Positions 1-9,322 of a stretch of DNA of 64,000 bases are shown piece by piece. The DNA comes from Halodesulfurarchaeum sp. (GTDB taxonomy: Archaea; Halobacteriota; Halobacteria; Halobacteriales; Halobacteriaceae). The DNA lies in the NCBI GenBank assembly GCA_042216015.1, contig JBDGUI010000007.1:71437-135436 (forward strand). Reading direction: 5' to 3'. Each line of letters opens with the position of its first letter. Within the stretch, counting starts at the first letter, position 1. Made by a program: the position numbers and the translations under genes. A model generated the notes under the pieces. That model was given only the letters and a program-made list of their open reading frames with translations, had not been told where the DNA came from and did not search any database.

Positions 1-2
1 GG

Positions 3-878
3 GAGACCTACGAGCGTCGGGTCGGTGTCGCGAGCCGCCAGCAGGTTCTCGTTGGGACGGCCCTCTTCGTCGGCGGTGCCGTGCTCGTGGTCGCCGGCAT
101 TCTGTTCGCTGGAACCGGCCTCCTCGTCGGCAGCGGATGGGGCGTCCTCGAGAGTCGAGAAATCGCCGGAATTCTGGCAGGCGTGGGCGTCCCGGCCGTC
201 TTCGTCGGCATCACCACCGTCCTGCCGGGTCAGGGAACCCACCGGATCACAGCGGGCGTGGGGGCCGGTCTGGCGCTCGCTGGCGTCTGGATATTCCAGT
301 CGGCCTATCCCCAGAACTGGTACGCGAGTGCCGGCGTCCCGACGAATCAGGTTCTCCTCCTGCTGCTGGTCTACTTCACCGGCGTGTTGATCACCTTCTG
401 GTCGCTCTTCACCGCGGTCGCGACGTTCAAGACCCGGAACGATCCCGGGGGAACGGTGTCCCTCCAGGTCGGCTCCGAGGGCCCGAAGATCAGGGTCGTC
501 GAGGCCGTACAGACCGAGTTCCACAACGCGGGGAAGGCGATTAGCAGCGGGCTGGGTGGGATCGGGACCTTCGGTGGCGAGGCCGACACCCCCGATCTCG
601 GTCCCCAGCCACATCGCCAGGGGTCGGTCTCGGACGGTGGAACCTCCGCCGACGCAGAGATCGTCGAGCCCGAACCATCGGGGCCGGATCATCCCATGCA
701 AACGGGTGACGATGCGGAGGTGATGGGTCCGGATCGGATCGGGCCCGATGAGTACTGTGGCAATTGTGTCCACTTCGAGTACGAAACGCCCTCGGAGCGG
801 ATGGACCCGTACTGCGGGCTCTACGACGAGCCGATGGACGACATGGAGGCCTGCAAGTGGTGGGAAGGGAGTAGCTGA
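3..878 (+). CDS. cdpA: Membrane protein with acidic linker and C-terminal Cys-rich, probably Fe-S, domain; likely haloarchaeal cell division protein CdpA (5' partial)
   Basis: Frame is open from the window edge (ETYERRVG...). About 4 hydrophobic helices, an SDGG-containing acidic linker, then YCGNCVHF...PYCGLY...ACKWW. Architecture recalled from H. volcanii CdpA. Confidence 0.6.
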   Translation, partial: ETYERRVGVASRQQVLVGTALFVGGAVLVVAGILFAGTGLLVGSGWGVLESREIAGILAGVGVPAVFVGITTVLPGQGTHRITAGVGAGLALAGVWIFQSAYPQNWYASAGVPTNQVLLLLLVYFTGVLITFWSLFTAVATFKTRNDPGGTVSLQVGSEGPKIRVVEAVQTEFHNAGKAISSGLGGIGTFGGEADTPDLGPQPHRQGSVSDGGTSADAEIVEPEPSGPDHPMQTGDDAEVMGPDRIGPDEYCGNCVHFEYETPSERMDPYCGLYDEPMDDMEACKWWEGSS

Positions 879-887
879 TCGACTGAC

Positions 888-1358
888 TCAGCAGGTCGCG
901 AGTCGCTTTCGCAGGTTCTCCCAGTGACTGCCCTTCCAGTAGAACTGTCCGCACCGTTGGCACGTCCAGACGGGTTCCGTCGCTGGATCCGGACCCTGCT
1001 CCGGCCCATCCACCGCTCCAGATTCCACCGCTACCCGTTCCAGTTCGCCGTTGCATCGGGAACACCGCCTCGGCTCCGTCAATTCGAGAACAAAGCCGGC
1101 CTCGGCCAGTTCGCGAAGCTGTTCGAGTGGCTCGGTTTCGGTGAGCAGCAGGCTCGCGTCGGCCGCCGAGGCCACTTCCCGGTCCCTGGTGAGTAGCAGT
1201 CGATCCTCCCGCTCGGCAAGCTCGAGGATCGCCTCGTCGCGCTCGATCCCCCGATCGAGCGCGTAGGCCGTATCATACCCGACCATCCGGAGGGTCGAGA
1301 CGAGGCCGCCGAGCATGACGTCGAGACAGAGTCGGGTATCAGCGGGCTCAGTGGTCAT
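888..1358 (-). CDS. Mut7-C RNase (PIN-like) domain protein with zinc ribbon
   Basis: LDVMLGGL..LRMVGYD, LLTRDRE, RCSRCNG and CQRCGQFYWKGSHW motifs. Confidence 0.85.
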   Translation of the reverse strand: MTTEPADTRLCLDVMLGGLVSTLRMVGYDTAYALDRGIERDEAILELAEREDRLLLTRDREVASAADASLLLTETEPLEQLRELAEAGFVLELTEPRRCSRCNGELERVAVESGAVDGPEQGPDPATEPVWTCQRCGQFYWKGSHWENLRKRLATC

Positions 1359-3114
1359 TCTCGGCGGTCGAGAGGAAGTCTTGAAGCCCCGTCACGTCCC
1401 GGGTGTTCACCACGTCGGCCGCACTGGCCCAGCCGCGCCGCGCGGTGTGAACGCCGTAGCGCTGATGGGCGAAATCCGCGGGCGCGTGGGCGTCCGTGTT
1501 GATGGCGATGGCGGCCCCCGCATCGATCGCGGTTTTGACGGCCGATCCCCAGAGATCGAGCCGATTGGGGTTGGCGTTGATCTCCAGTGCGACCCCGTTT
1601 TCCGCCGCGGCCCGACCGATGGCCTCGGGGTCGAACTCCATCCCGGGCCGCTGGTTCAGCAGGCGGCCACTCGGATGGCCGAGCACGTTCACGTCCGGGT
1701 GTTCGATGGCAGAGACCAGGCGGTCGGTCCGATCCTCGCCGTCACCGAGGTCGGCATGCGGCGAGGCGATCACCACGTCCAGATCGGCGAGGAGTTCGGG
1801 ATCGGTGTCCCGAATCGATCCATCCGCGGCGATGTTGGCCTCGATGCCGGACAGCACCGTGATCGGCGCGTCCGCGTCGATCGTTTCGATCGCCTCGATC
1901 TGTTCCCTGATCTCGTCGTCCGAGAGGCCACTGTCGCCGAAGACCCCCGGCCCCTCGGCGTGGTCGGAGATGACCACGTAGTCGTGGTCGTACTCGTTGG
2001 CCCCCTCGACCATCTCCTCGATCGAGTACTCGCCGTCCGACCAGGTCGTGTGTGCGTGAAGGTCTCCCCTGAGGTCACCCTCCTCGAGCAGATCGGGCAA
2101 CTCATCGTCGGCCGCCGCGTCGATTTCCCCGCGGTTCTCCCGGAGTTCGGGTGGGATCCACGGCAGTTCCAAAGCGTCGTAGACCTCATCCTCGGTCTCC
2201 CCGGCGATTCGATCGCCGGCCCGCGTGTCCGGATCGGCCCGTTCGGCGTCGGTGACCTCGAAGACGCCGTATTCGTTGACCTTCATCCCCTCGTCGATCG
2301 CCCGGTTTCGGAGCGCGATGTTGTGATCCTTGCTCCCCGTGAAATACACGAGCGCGCTGCCGAACTCTCCGGCATCGACGAGCCGGAGGTCGACCTGCAT
2401 CCCCCCCATCCGGAGGGTCGTCTTCGTCTCCCCCGACTCCATCACCGAGTCGACCCGGTTCCAGTCCGTCACGGTCTCGGTCACGGCCTCCGGGTCGGCG
2501 GTTCCGACGAGCACGTCGACGTCGCCGATCGTCGGGCGCCACCGACGGAGCGAGCCGGCCAACGCGATCGACTCGACCTCCGGCTTCTCGGACAGGAACT
2601 CCCGGATCTCCTCGCCGATGGGCCTGGCCTGCCCGAGCAACGACCGTTTCCCCGCCTCTCTGGCGAAGTCGATGTTGTCGAGGATGTTTTGCTCGGTCTT
2701 TTTACCAAACCCGGTGATATCCCGGATTTCACCGGCCTCGGCCGCGGCTTCCAGATCGTCCAGGGTCCGAATGTCACGTGCCTCAAAGAGTGACTTCACC
2801 GTCTTCGGGCCGATCCCCTCGACTCTCGTGAGCGCGGCCATGTCCACCGGCAACGCCGCTCGCTGGGATTCGAGCTCCTCGATCGATCCGGTCTCGACGT
2901 ACTCGACGATCTTCTCCCCGATCGCCTCTCCCACGCCCTCGATCTCCCGGACGGCCCCGGGGCCCTCCTCGACGAGCTCGCTCACCGAGTCGGCGCTCGC
3001 CCTGAGGTTGTCGGCCGCGGTTCGGTAGGCGCGGGGTTTGTACTCGACGTCCTGTGCCTCGAGGAGGTCGGCGAGTTCCTCCAGTCGGTCTGCGACCTCG
3101 TCGTTTCTCGTCAT
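1348..3114 (-). CDS. polX: DNA polymerase X / PHP-domain 3'-5' exonuclease
   Basis: HhH repeats (EGVG, EGIGPK, GFGKK), GSLRR...GDVDVL and QVDLR catalytic Asp residues, YFTGSKDHN, PHP motifs DLHAHT/SDH/TDAH. ATG at 3114 overlaps the upstream TGA. Confidence 0.95.
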   Translation of the reverse strand: MTRNDEVADRLEELADLLEAQDVEYKPRAYRTAADNLRASADSVSELVEEGPGAVREIEGVGEAIGEKIVEYVETGSIEELESQRAALPVDMAALTRVEGIGPKTVKSLFEARDIRTLDDLEAAAEAGEIRDITGFGKKTEQNILDNIDFAREAGKRSLLGQARPIGEEIREFLSEKPEVESIALAGSLRRWRPTIGDVDVLVGTADPEAVTETVTDWNRVDSVMESGETKTTLRMGGMQVDLRLVDAGEFGSALVYFTGSKDHNIALRNRAIDEGMKVNEYGVFEVTDAERADPDTRAGDRIAGETEDEVYDALELPWIPPELRENRGEIDAAADDELPDLLEEGDLRGDLHAHTTWSDGEYSIEEMVEGANEYDHDYVVISDHAEGPGVFGDSGLSDDEIREQIEAIETIDADAPITVLSGIEANIAADGSIRDTDPELLADLDVVIASPHADLGDGEDRTDRLVSAIEHPDVNVLGHPSGRLLNQRPGMEFDPEAIGRAAAENGVALEINANPNRLDLWGSAVKTAIDAGAAIAINTDAHAPADFAHQRYGVHTARRGWASAADVVNTRDVTGLQDFLSTAENDH

Positions 3115-3545
3115 GGCCGCTCTTTCTTCTGTGGGCTCGAATCGTTCCCGGTCACGGATTTCACGAAGGACAGCCACCGCTTCCGATCCGCCTGCTGCTG
3201 TCGTTCCGACTCGGCCTCGATGTCGGTCTCGCCATCGGATTCGAGGATCGTGAGCGCCCGGTCGATGCCGAGGATCGAATCGGCCAGTTCCTCGGCTCTC
3301 TCGACGGGCATCTCCCCCCTCGCGATCTCGTCCCGTCGCCGCGTTCGCTCCGCTCGCAGTCCCCGAATCACCTCCCGAATCCGTTCGTCGGACGGGCCAC
3401 TGCCCGCATCCCCCGACTCGTGGACGAAGGCTGCGAGGTCGACCGTCTCGTTACCGATCGAGAGTCGATCTGGAATCGACGCCCCGACCGTCGCTCCATC
3501 CCGGCCGATGCGTTCGAGCAGCCGGTCGCGCTCGAAGGGTTTCAC
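3111..3545 (-). CDS. Conserved haloarchaeal protein (DUF5788-like)
   Basis: GTG start, ERDRLLERI..GATVGA.IP, GIDRAL..LE and DRKRWLSF motifs. ATGA overlap with polX. Confidence 0.75.
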   Translation of the reverse strand: MKPFERDRLLERIGRDGATVGASIPDRLSIGNETVDLAAFVHESGDAGSGPSDERIREVIRGLRAERTRRRDEIARGEMPVERAEELADSILGIDRALTILESDGETDIEAESERQQQADRKRWLSFVKSVTGNDSSPQKKERP

Positions 3546-3623
3546 GAACGGAAATACGGCGTCCAGTCCCAAAAACCCACCCGGGTCGGGAGTTTTATCC
3601 TTCGGACTCTCATACCCCGTGGC

Positions 3624-4544
3624 ATGGCGCGATGTGACTACTGTGGGGCCGAAGAGAGCATGCCGTACCAGTGCCGGGGCTGTGGCGGCACGTTCTGTTC
3701 GAAACATCGCCTGCCCGAGAACCACGACTGCCCGGGTCTGGACCAGTGGGGCGACCCGGCCGGGGTCTTCGACTCGGGCTTCGACACTGGCGTCTCCGGG
3801 GATACAGGCCGCACCCGGTCGCGAAGTCGTAGTCTCCTCTCGAAGCTCGGCATTTCAATGGAACCTGGGGGAATCAGTGGGTACTTCCGCCGGAACATGT
3901 CCTACGTCTTTCTGGCGATCATCTGGCTCGTGTATCCGGTCGAACTTCTCGTTCTGACCTTCAGCGGCACCGAACTATTCACCTCGATTTTCACGCTCAA
4001 CATGGGGAACATCCTCTACGTCTACCCCTGGTTCACTTCGATCTTCTCTCATTCCCCCTATGGATTCATGCACGTGCTTTTCAACAGCATCGTGCTTTAC
4101 TTCTTCGGCCCGCTCGTCGAGCGAAAGGTCGGCTCGAAGACGTTTGCGATTCTCTTCGTCACAAGCGGCGTGGTCGCTGGGCTCGCACAGGTGCTCGTTT
4201 CGGCGGCAATGGGTGGCGCCGCTCCGATTCTCGGGGCAAGTGGCGCCATCATGGCGCTCATGGGTGTGCTCACGGTCCTGAACCCGAATCTCCGGATTTA
4301 CATCTACTTCATCATCCCGATGCCGCTCTGGATGGCGACGTCGCTCTTTGCGGCCTACTCGGTCTTCATGAGTTCGCTTGGCGGCGTCGGGGCTGGTGGG
4401 GTGGCCCAGCTCGCTCACCTTGCCGGGCTGGGAATCGGCCTGCTCTATGGGTTCTACCTCAAGCAGCGGGGAACGCGGGCCCCAAGCCAGCTCCAGATTG
4501 GCGGGAGCGGCCCCCCGGGCGGTGGCCGTCGACGCAGGCGCTGA
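3624..4544 (+). CDS. Rhomboid intramembrane serine protease with N-terminal AN1-type zinc finger (RhoII-like)
   Basis: CDYCG...CRGCGGTFCSKHRLPENHDC, HVLFN, GASGA (catalytic Ser), AHLAGL (catalytic His). Confidence 0.92.
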   Translation: MARCDYCGAEESMPYQCRGCGGTFCSKHRLPENHDCPGLDQWGDPAGVFDSGFDTGVSGDTGRTRSRSRSLLSKLGISMEPGGISGYFRRNMSYVFLAIIWLVYPVELLVLTFSGTELFTSIFTLNMGNILYVYPWFTSIFSHSPYGFMHVLFNSIVLYFFGPLVERKVGSKTFAILFVTSGVVAGLAQVLVSAAMGGAAPILGASGAIMALMGVLTVLNPNLRIYIYFIIPMPLWMATSLFAAYSVFMSSLGGVGAGGVAQLAHLAGLGIGLLYGFYLKQRGTRAPSQLQIGGSGPPGGGRRRRR

Positions 4545-4545
4545 G

Positions 4546-5400
4546 ATGAAACCCGTCAACCCGGAATTCCGGCCGGATCCGAACGTCCCACGCGACGAGA
4601 TGGTGGCCCAGCAGCGTGACATCGCCGCAGCGGCCGTCTTTTCGGACGACGGCCCTCCGCGTCCGGAGGCGATCGAACTGACGGATCCACTCGACCTCGA
4701 GGGGCAGGACACCCTGCCCGATTCTTTCGATCGGGAGCGCCAGACCGAATCGACTGACTCCCTCGGCCGCGGGGGACGATCGGCCCGATCGACGGCCGCG
4801 CCGATCGTCGCCGGCATCGACCAGGCCTTCGAGGACGAAACCGCCGTGAGTGCCGTCGTCGCCATTCAGGGCGGCCGGGTCGTGGAGTCGGTCTGTGCCA
4901 GGACGCCGCTTTCGATCCCGTACATTCCCGGCCTCCTCGCGTTTCGCGAGGGCGAACCGATCGTCGAGGCACTCGCCGCACTCGACGTCGAACCCGACCT
5001 TCTCGTCTTCGACGGCAGCGGGCGGATCCACTACCGAGAGGCGGGAATCGCCACCCACGTGGGGGTCCTCTACGACGTTCCCGCCCTCGGTGTCACGAAG
5101 AACCTGCTCTGTGGCAGGCCGGAACGGTCCCTCGACGACCCGCTCGCGGCGGGGACCCGGATCGCCATCCGGGCGAACGACGAGGTCGAGACCGAGCCGG
5201 GAACCCTGCTCGGATACGCGGTCCAGACCAGGCAGTTCCCGAATCCCCAGCGGAGCCACGTCAATCCGGTGTACGCGAGTCCCGGCCACCGGGTCGCGCC
5301 GGAGACCGCAGTCGACCTGGTTGAGGCACTCGGTGGGGGGTACAAGCTTCCGGAACCGATTCGACTCGCGGATCGGGCGGCCGAGGAGTGCAAGCGTTAA
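4546..5400 (+). CDS. nfi: Endonuclease V (deoxyinosine 3'-endonuclease)
   Basis: AGIDQAF, PYIPGLLAFRE, FDGSGRIH, GVTK, YKLPEPIRLAD. Confidence 0.92.
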   Translation: MKPVNPEFRPDPNVPRDEMVAQQRDIAAAAVFSDDGPPRPEAIELTDPLDLEGQDTLPDSFDRERQTESTDSLGRGGRSARSTAAPIVAGIDQAFEDETAVSAVVAIQGGRVVESVCARTPLSIPYIPGLLAFREGEPIVEALAALDVEPDLLVFDGSGRIHYREAGIATHVGVLYDVPALGVTKNLLCGRPERSLDDPLAAGTRIAIRANDEVETEPGTLLGYAVQTRQFPNPQRSHVNPVYASPGHRVAPETAVDLVEALGGGYKLPEPIRLADRAAEECKR

Positions 5401-5424
5401 CTGCCGACCGGGCGATGGGACCAT

Positions 5425-6243
5425 ATGGAACGGACCGCACTCATCACCGGCTGCTCGTCGGGAATCGGGCGGGCGACGGCCGAGGCCTTTCTCGAGGAGG
5501 GATGGACGGTGGTTGCGACCGCTCGAGAGACGTCCGACATCGTGGATCTCGAGGCCCAGGGGGCGATCACCCGCCGGCTCGACGTGACGAAGCCCGCCCA
5601 GTGCCGGACCGTCGTGGAGAACGCGATCGAGGAGACCGGTCGACTCGACTGTCTGGTGAATAACGCGGGGTTCGCGCAGTTCGGCCCGGTCGAGGACGTG
5701 CCGACTCGACTGGTCGAGGCACAGTTCGACGTGAACCTCCTCGGCCCGCATCGGCTGATCAGGGCTGCACTGCCCCACATGCGCGAGGCCGAGTCCGGCA
5801 CGATCGTCAACGTCTCGAGCGTCTCCGGGCGGTTGTCGGCGCCCGGGATGGGCGTCTATTCGAGCTCGAAGGCGGCCCTCGAGTCGCTTTCGGACGCACT
5901 CAGGGTCGAGGCCGGGGCGTTCGACGTGGACGTCGCCCTCGTCGAGCCCGGCCCGGTCGAGACCCAGTTCGACGAGCGGGCGCAGTCCTCGCTCGACGAA
6001 CTCGATCGGCGCGACGCGTACGCCGACATCTATGCCACCCTCGAGGACTGGGACGTCCTCGGGAGCATGGGTTCGGTCCCGCCGGAGAGGGTCGCTTCGG
6101 TGATCCTCGAGGCAGGCGTCTCCACGGACCCACAGGCGAGGTACACGGTCGGCCCGGGGTCCCGGTACCTGTCGCTGGCCCGGTTCCTCCCGGACGGGCT
6201 CAGGGACGCGATCTTCTCGCTCGTCCGGAGGGTCGCCGGATGA
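5425..6243 (+). CDS. Short-chain dehydrogenase/reductase
   Basis: TGCSSGIG, NNAG, YSSSK motifs. Confidence 0.92.
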   Translation: MERTALITGCSSGIGRATAEAFLEEGWTVVATARETSDIVDLEAQGAITRRLDVTKPAQCRTVVENAIEETGRLDCLVNNAGFAQFGPVEDVPTRLVEAQFDVNLLGPHRLIRAALPHMREAESGTIVNVSSVSGRLSAPGMGVYSSSKAALESLSDALRVEAGAFDVDVALVEPGPVETQFDERAQSSLDELDRRDAYADIYATLEDWDVLGSMGSVPPERVASVILEAGVSTDPQARYTVGPGSRYLSLARFLPDGLRDAIFSLVRRVAG

Positions 6244-7568
6244 CGGCCGTCGAGAACCGTTCGGCACTGGTCCGCTCACCGGCCCACGCGACTGTTCTCG
6301 ACGCCCTGCTCGCCGGCATCGAGGCGAGCGATCCAGCCCGGGTCATCGAGGCGACAGTGACCGTCGACGGGTCGGAGTTGACGGTGGAGGGCTCGACCTG
6401 GGATCTCGCTGCGTACGAGGAGGTCATCGTTCTGGGTGGGGGGAACGCCGCCTCGCAGGTCGCCCGTGCGCTGGAGGACACGCTGGGGGACCGCCTCGAT
6501 GGTGGCGTCGTGGTCACGGACGACCCCGTGGAGACCGAACGCGTGCAGGTTCTGCCCGGCGATCACCCGGTGCCGAACGAGCGAGGGGTGGAATCCACCC
6601 GCCAGTTGCTCGAACGGGCCCGTGAGGCGGATGCCGACACGCTCGTCCTGGGTGTGATCACCGGCGGCGGCAGTGCCCTCATGGCGGCCCCGGCACCCGG
6701 AATCGACCTGGCCGAGTTGGTCGAGACGACCGACCAGCTCCTCAAAAGCGGCGCTCCGATCCAGGACATCAACGCGGTCCGAAAGCACCTCTCCGCCCTG
6801 AAGGGCGGCCAGCTCGCCGCGCTCGCCGCCCCCGCGACGACCGTCTCACTCGTTCTCAGCGACGTCGTGGGCAATCACCTCGACGTGATCGCGAGCGGGC
6901 CCCTCGTCCCCGATCCGACCACCTTCGAGGACGCCCGCGCGGTGATCGATCGCTTCGACCTCCTGGTTCCGGACTCGGTCGAGAAACGGATCGATGCGGG
7001 CGTCGCCGGCGACCTCGAGGAGACGCCGAAGCCGGGCGATCCGGTCTTCGAACGGGTGAGTACCCACGTCATCGCGGACGGGATGACGGCCCTCGAGGCC
7101 GCGGCGACCGTGCTCGAAGCGGACGGCTATGACCCTCTCGTACTCACCTCCAGGGTGGAGGGCGAGGCCAGCGAGTCGGCGAAGACCCACGCGGCGATCG
7201 CCAACGAGATTCGGGCGACGGGGACTCCGATTGACCCACCGGCTGCCATTCTCTCTGGGGGCGAGACGACGGTGACCGTCGATGGGGGCGGCTCCGGCGG
7301 CCCGAACCAGGAGTTCGCACTCTCGGCCGGGCTCTCCCTCGAGGGCTCGACGGTCGTGGGGGCCGTGGACAGCGACGGCATCGACGGGGCGAGCGACGCG
7401 GCGGGCGCCCTCCTCGACGGATCGGCCATCGACCGACCCGCCGCCCAGGCGGCCCTCGACGTGAACGATTCCGGCGCCTACCTGACCGAGCGGAATCGGG
7501 TGATCGTGACGGGTCAGACGGGGACGAACGTGAACGACGTTCGGGTGCTGCTCGTCAGGGCCGACTGA
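6240..7568 (+). CDS. Glycerate kinase, class II (MOFRL family)
   Basis: GGGSAL, NAVRKHLS.LKGG, SDVVG, IASGP, SGGETTV, GPNQE, DGIDG, TGTNVND. Confidence 0.88.
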   Translation: MTAVENRSALVRSPAHATVLDALLAGIEASDPARVIEATVTVDGSELTVEGSTWDLAAYEEVIVLGGGNAASQVARALEDTLGDRLDGGVVVTDDPVETERVQVLPGDHPVPNERGVESTRQLLERAREADADTLVLGVITGGGSALMAAPAPGIDLAELVETTDQLLKSGAPIQDINAVRKHLSALKGGQLAALAAPATTVSLVLSDVVGNHLDVIASGPLVPDPTTFEDARAVIDRFDLLVPDSVEKRIDAGVAGDLEETPKPGDPVFERVSTHVIADGMTALEAAATVLEADGYDPLVLTSRVEGEASESAKTHAAIANEIRATGTPIDPPAAILSGGETTVTVDGGGSGGPNQEFALSAGLSLEGSTVVGAVDSDGIDGASDAAGALLDGSAIDRPAAQAALDVNDSGAYLTERNRVIVTGQTGTNVNDVRVLLVRAD

Positions 7569-7630
7569 TCGTCGGGTGCTGGTTCAGGTCGACAGATCAT
7601 CGGGTGCTGCTCGTCGAGGCGGACCGATCA
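7541..7630 (+). repeat. Three imperfect tandem copies (28-31 bp) of the glycerate kinase 3' end
   Basis: tcgggtgctgctcgtcagggccgactgatcg / tcgggtgctggttcaggtcgacagatca / tcgggtgctgctcgtcgaggcggaccgatca. Confidence 0.7.
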
Positions 7631-7652
7631 CTCATCACGAACCCGACAGAAA

Positions 7653-8678
7653 TCACTCCAGACAGGCCCCAACGAGCCCGAGCATCTCGGTTCCGGTCAC
7701 CTCCTCCGCGAAGAGCGGAACCCGCTTCACGTCGTAGTCCATGAACAGCGACTGGGCGCGTTCGAGGGCGGTTTGCTGGACCTCCCAGCGCCGGGCGCAG
7801 AACGGACAGTCGCCGAGATGTGGGGCGACGTACTCGCCCGCCTCGATCTCGGGAACGATGTTCTCCACGGGCTCCATCACCCGATTGACGACGACGGTCG
7901 AGACCGGAATGCCGAACTCGGCGAGGCGCTCGTCGAGGCGCTTTGCCTCCACGACGGCCATCTCCTCGGGGACGGTGACGATCCGGAAGTCCGTCCGGGT
8001 CGGGTCCGTGAGGAGGCCACGGAGTCGCTCGATCCGCGCGGCCTGCTCCTCGAGCTTCGGATCCGACGCTGCGTCGGGGCTCTCCGCACCGAAGAGCCCG
8101 GCGAATTGCGAACCGAGATCGGCGAGTCGCTCCCGAAACGCGGCGACCCGACCGACCATCGTCTCCATCAGTTCGGGCAGTTCGAGGAGTCGAAGCGTGT
8201 GACCGGTCGGGGCGGTGTCCACGACGATCCGATCGAATCGGTCGTCGTCGAGGTACTCGAGAAGGAGTTGCATTGCGGCGGCTTCGTCGGCCCCGGGGAA
8301 CTGCCCACCCATGAGCGGGTCGATACCGGCGTCCCCGAGCAGATTTTCGAGCCCGCCCAGGGCCTGGTCGCCGCCAAAGAGGTCCACCTCACTGAGGGCG
8401 GCGTCCGGATCGATCTCGACGGCGTAAAGCGGCGCGTCGTCTCTGATTCGGGTCGGCGACCCGGAAATCGTGGTTCCGAAGGTGTCTCCCAGCGAGTGGG
8501 CGGGGTCCGTCGAGACGACGAGCGTCTCGGTCCCATCGAGCGCGCTCGCGAGGGCCGTCGCGGCGGCCATCGTCGTCTTGCCGACGCCCCCCTTGCCGCC
8601 GTAGAGCACGTATTCGGCGGTCCCCTCGCTGGCACCGGGTTCGATCGAGTCGACGGCTTCCACCTCGATGTCGTCCAT
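7653..8678 (-). CDS. ArsA/Get3 (TRC40) family ATPase, single domain
   Basis: GGKGGVGKTT, STDPAHSL, DTAPTGHT, C-terminal CPFC. Confidence 0.9.
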   Translation of the reverse strand: MDDIEVEAVDSIEPGASEGTAEYVLYGGKGGVGKTTMAAATALASALDGTETLVVSTDPAHSLGDTFGTTISGSPTRIRDDAPLYAVEIDPDAALSEVDLFGGDQALGGLENLLGDAGIDPLMGGQFPGADEAAAMQLLLEYLDDDRFDRIVVDTAPTGHTLRLLELPELMETMVGRVAAFRERLADLGSQFAGLFGAESPDAASDPKLEEQAARIERLRGLLTDPTRTDFRIVTVPEEMAVVEAKRLDERLAEFGIPVSTVVVNRVMEPVENIVPEIEAGEYVAPHLGDCPFCARRWEVQQTALERAQSLFMDYDVKRVPLFAEEVTGTEMLGLVGACLE

Positions 8679-8773
8679 GGTCGTGCTTCGCACGGACGGC
8701 CGTGTATCCGTCGGTTCGCTGCTGGCGGGGTGTTGGCCCATACCTTCTTGTACGATCCCCGAGGAAGGTCGGC

Positions 8774-9286
8774 ATGGACGGATCCGGAGCGGATCCCGTC
8801 GAGGAACGAATCGGGGTGCTGCTCGATGAGGCCGGTGACACGCTCGCGACCGTCGAATCCTGTACCGGCGGGCTCGTGGGATCGCTCGTGACCGACGTGC
8901 CGGGCTCGAGTGCCTACTACGACCGTGGCTATGTCACCTACTCGAATCGGGCGAAACTCGACCTCGGCGTCTCCCGGGAGGCCATCGACGAGCATGGCGC
9001 GGTGAGCGAACTGGTGGCCCGCGACATGGCACGGGCCGCACGGGACGCCGCCGGCACGACCTGGGCGGTCTCGACCACGGGCATCGCCGGCCCGAGCGGT
9101 GGAACTCCGGAGAAACCGGTCGGGACCGTCTTCGTCGGCGTTGCACGCGCCGGCGAGTGGGGCAGTGGCGACACTGACTCGTGGGTCACGCGACGGAACT
9201 ACGAGGGCACCCGGACCGAGATCAAACACCGCATCGCCCGCGGCGCGCTCCAGCACCTGCTCGAGGTGATCGAGGACCGAAACTGA
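8774..9286 (+). CDS. CinA C-terminal family protein (NMN deamidase PncC-like)
   Basis: ESCTGG, TYSN.AK, GAVS, TTGIAGP.GGT..KPVGTV. Confidence 0.9.
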   Translation: MDGSGADPVEERIGVLLDEAGDTLATVESCTGGLVGSLVTDVPGSSAYYDRGYVTYSNRAKLDLGVSREAIDEHGAVSELVARDMARAARDAAGTTWAVSTTGIAGPSGGTPEKPVGTVFVGVARAGEWGSGDTDSWVTRRNYEGTRTEIKHRIARGALQHLLEVIEDRN

Positions 9287-9322
9287 GTTTGCCACCCCGC
9301 CTCGAGAACCGGTACGGTCGGT

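Noticed and set aside
888..1358. Toxin-antitoxin or defence island (Mut7-C PIN here, NYN at 44278)
   Set aside because: No antitoxin partner, mobile genes or visible compositional shift; both sit in housekeeping context.
1315..2793. Long antisense or alternate-frame ORFs (e.g. 1315-2793, 4459-6279, 12158-14170, 14181-15713, 25277-26824, 59155-60657)
   Set aside because: Shadows of real genes caused by high GC and codon bias; Arg/Ser/Pro-rich with no motifs.
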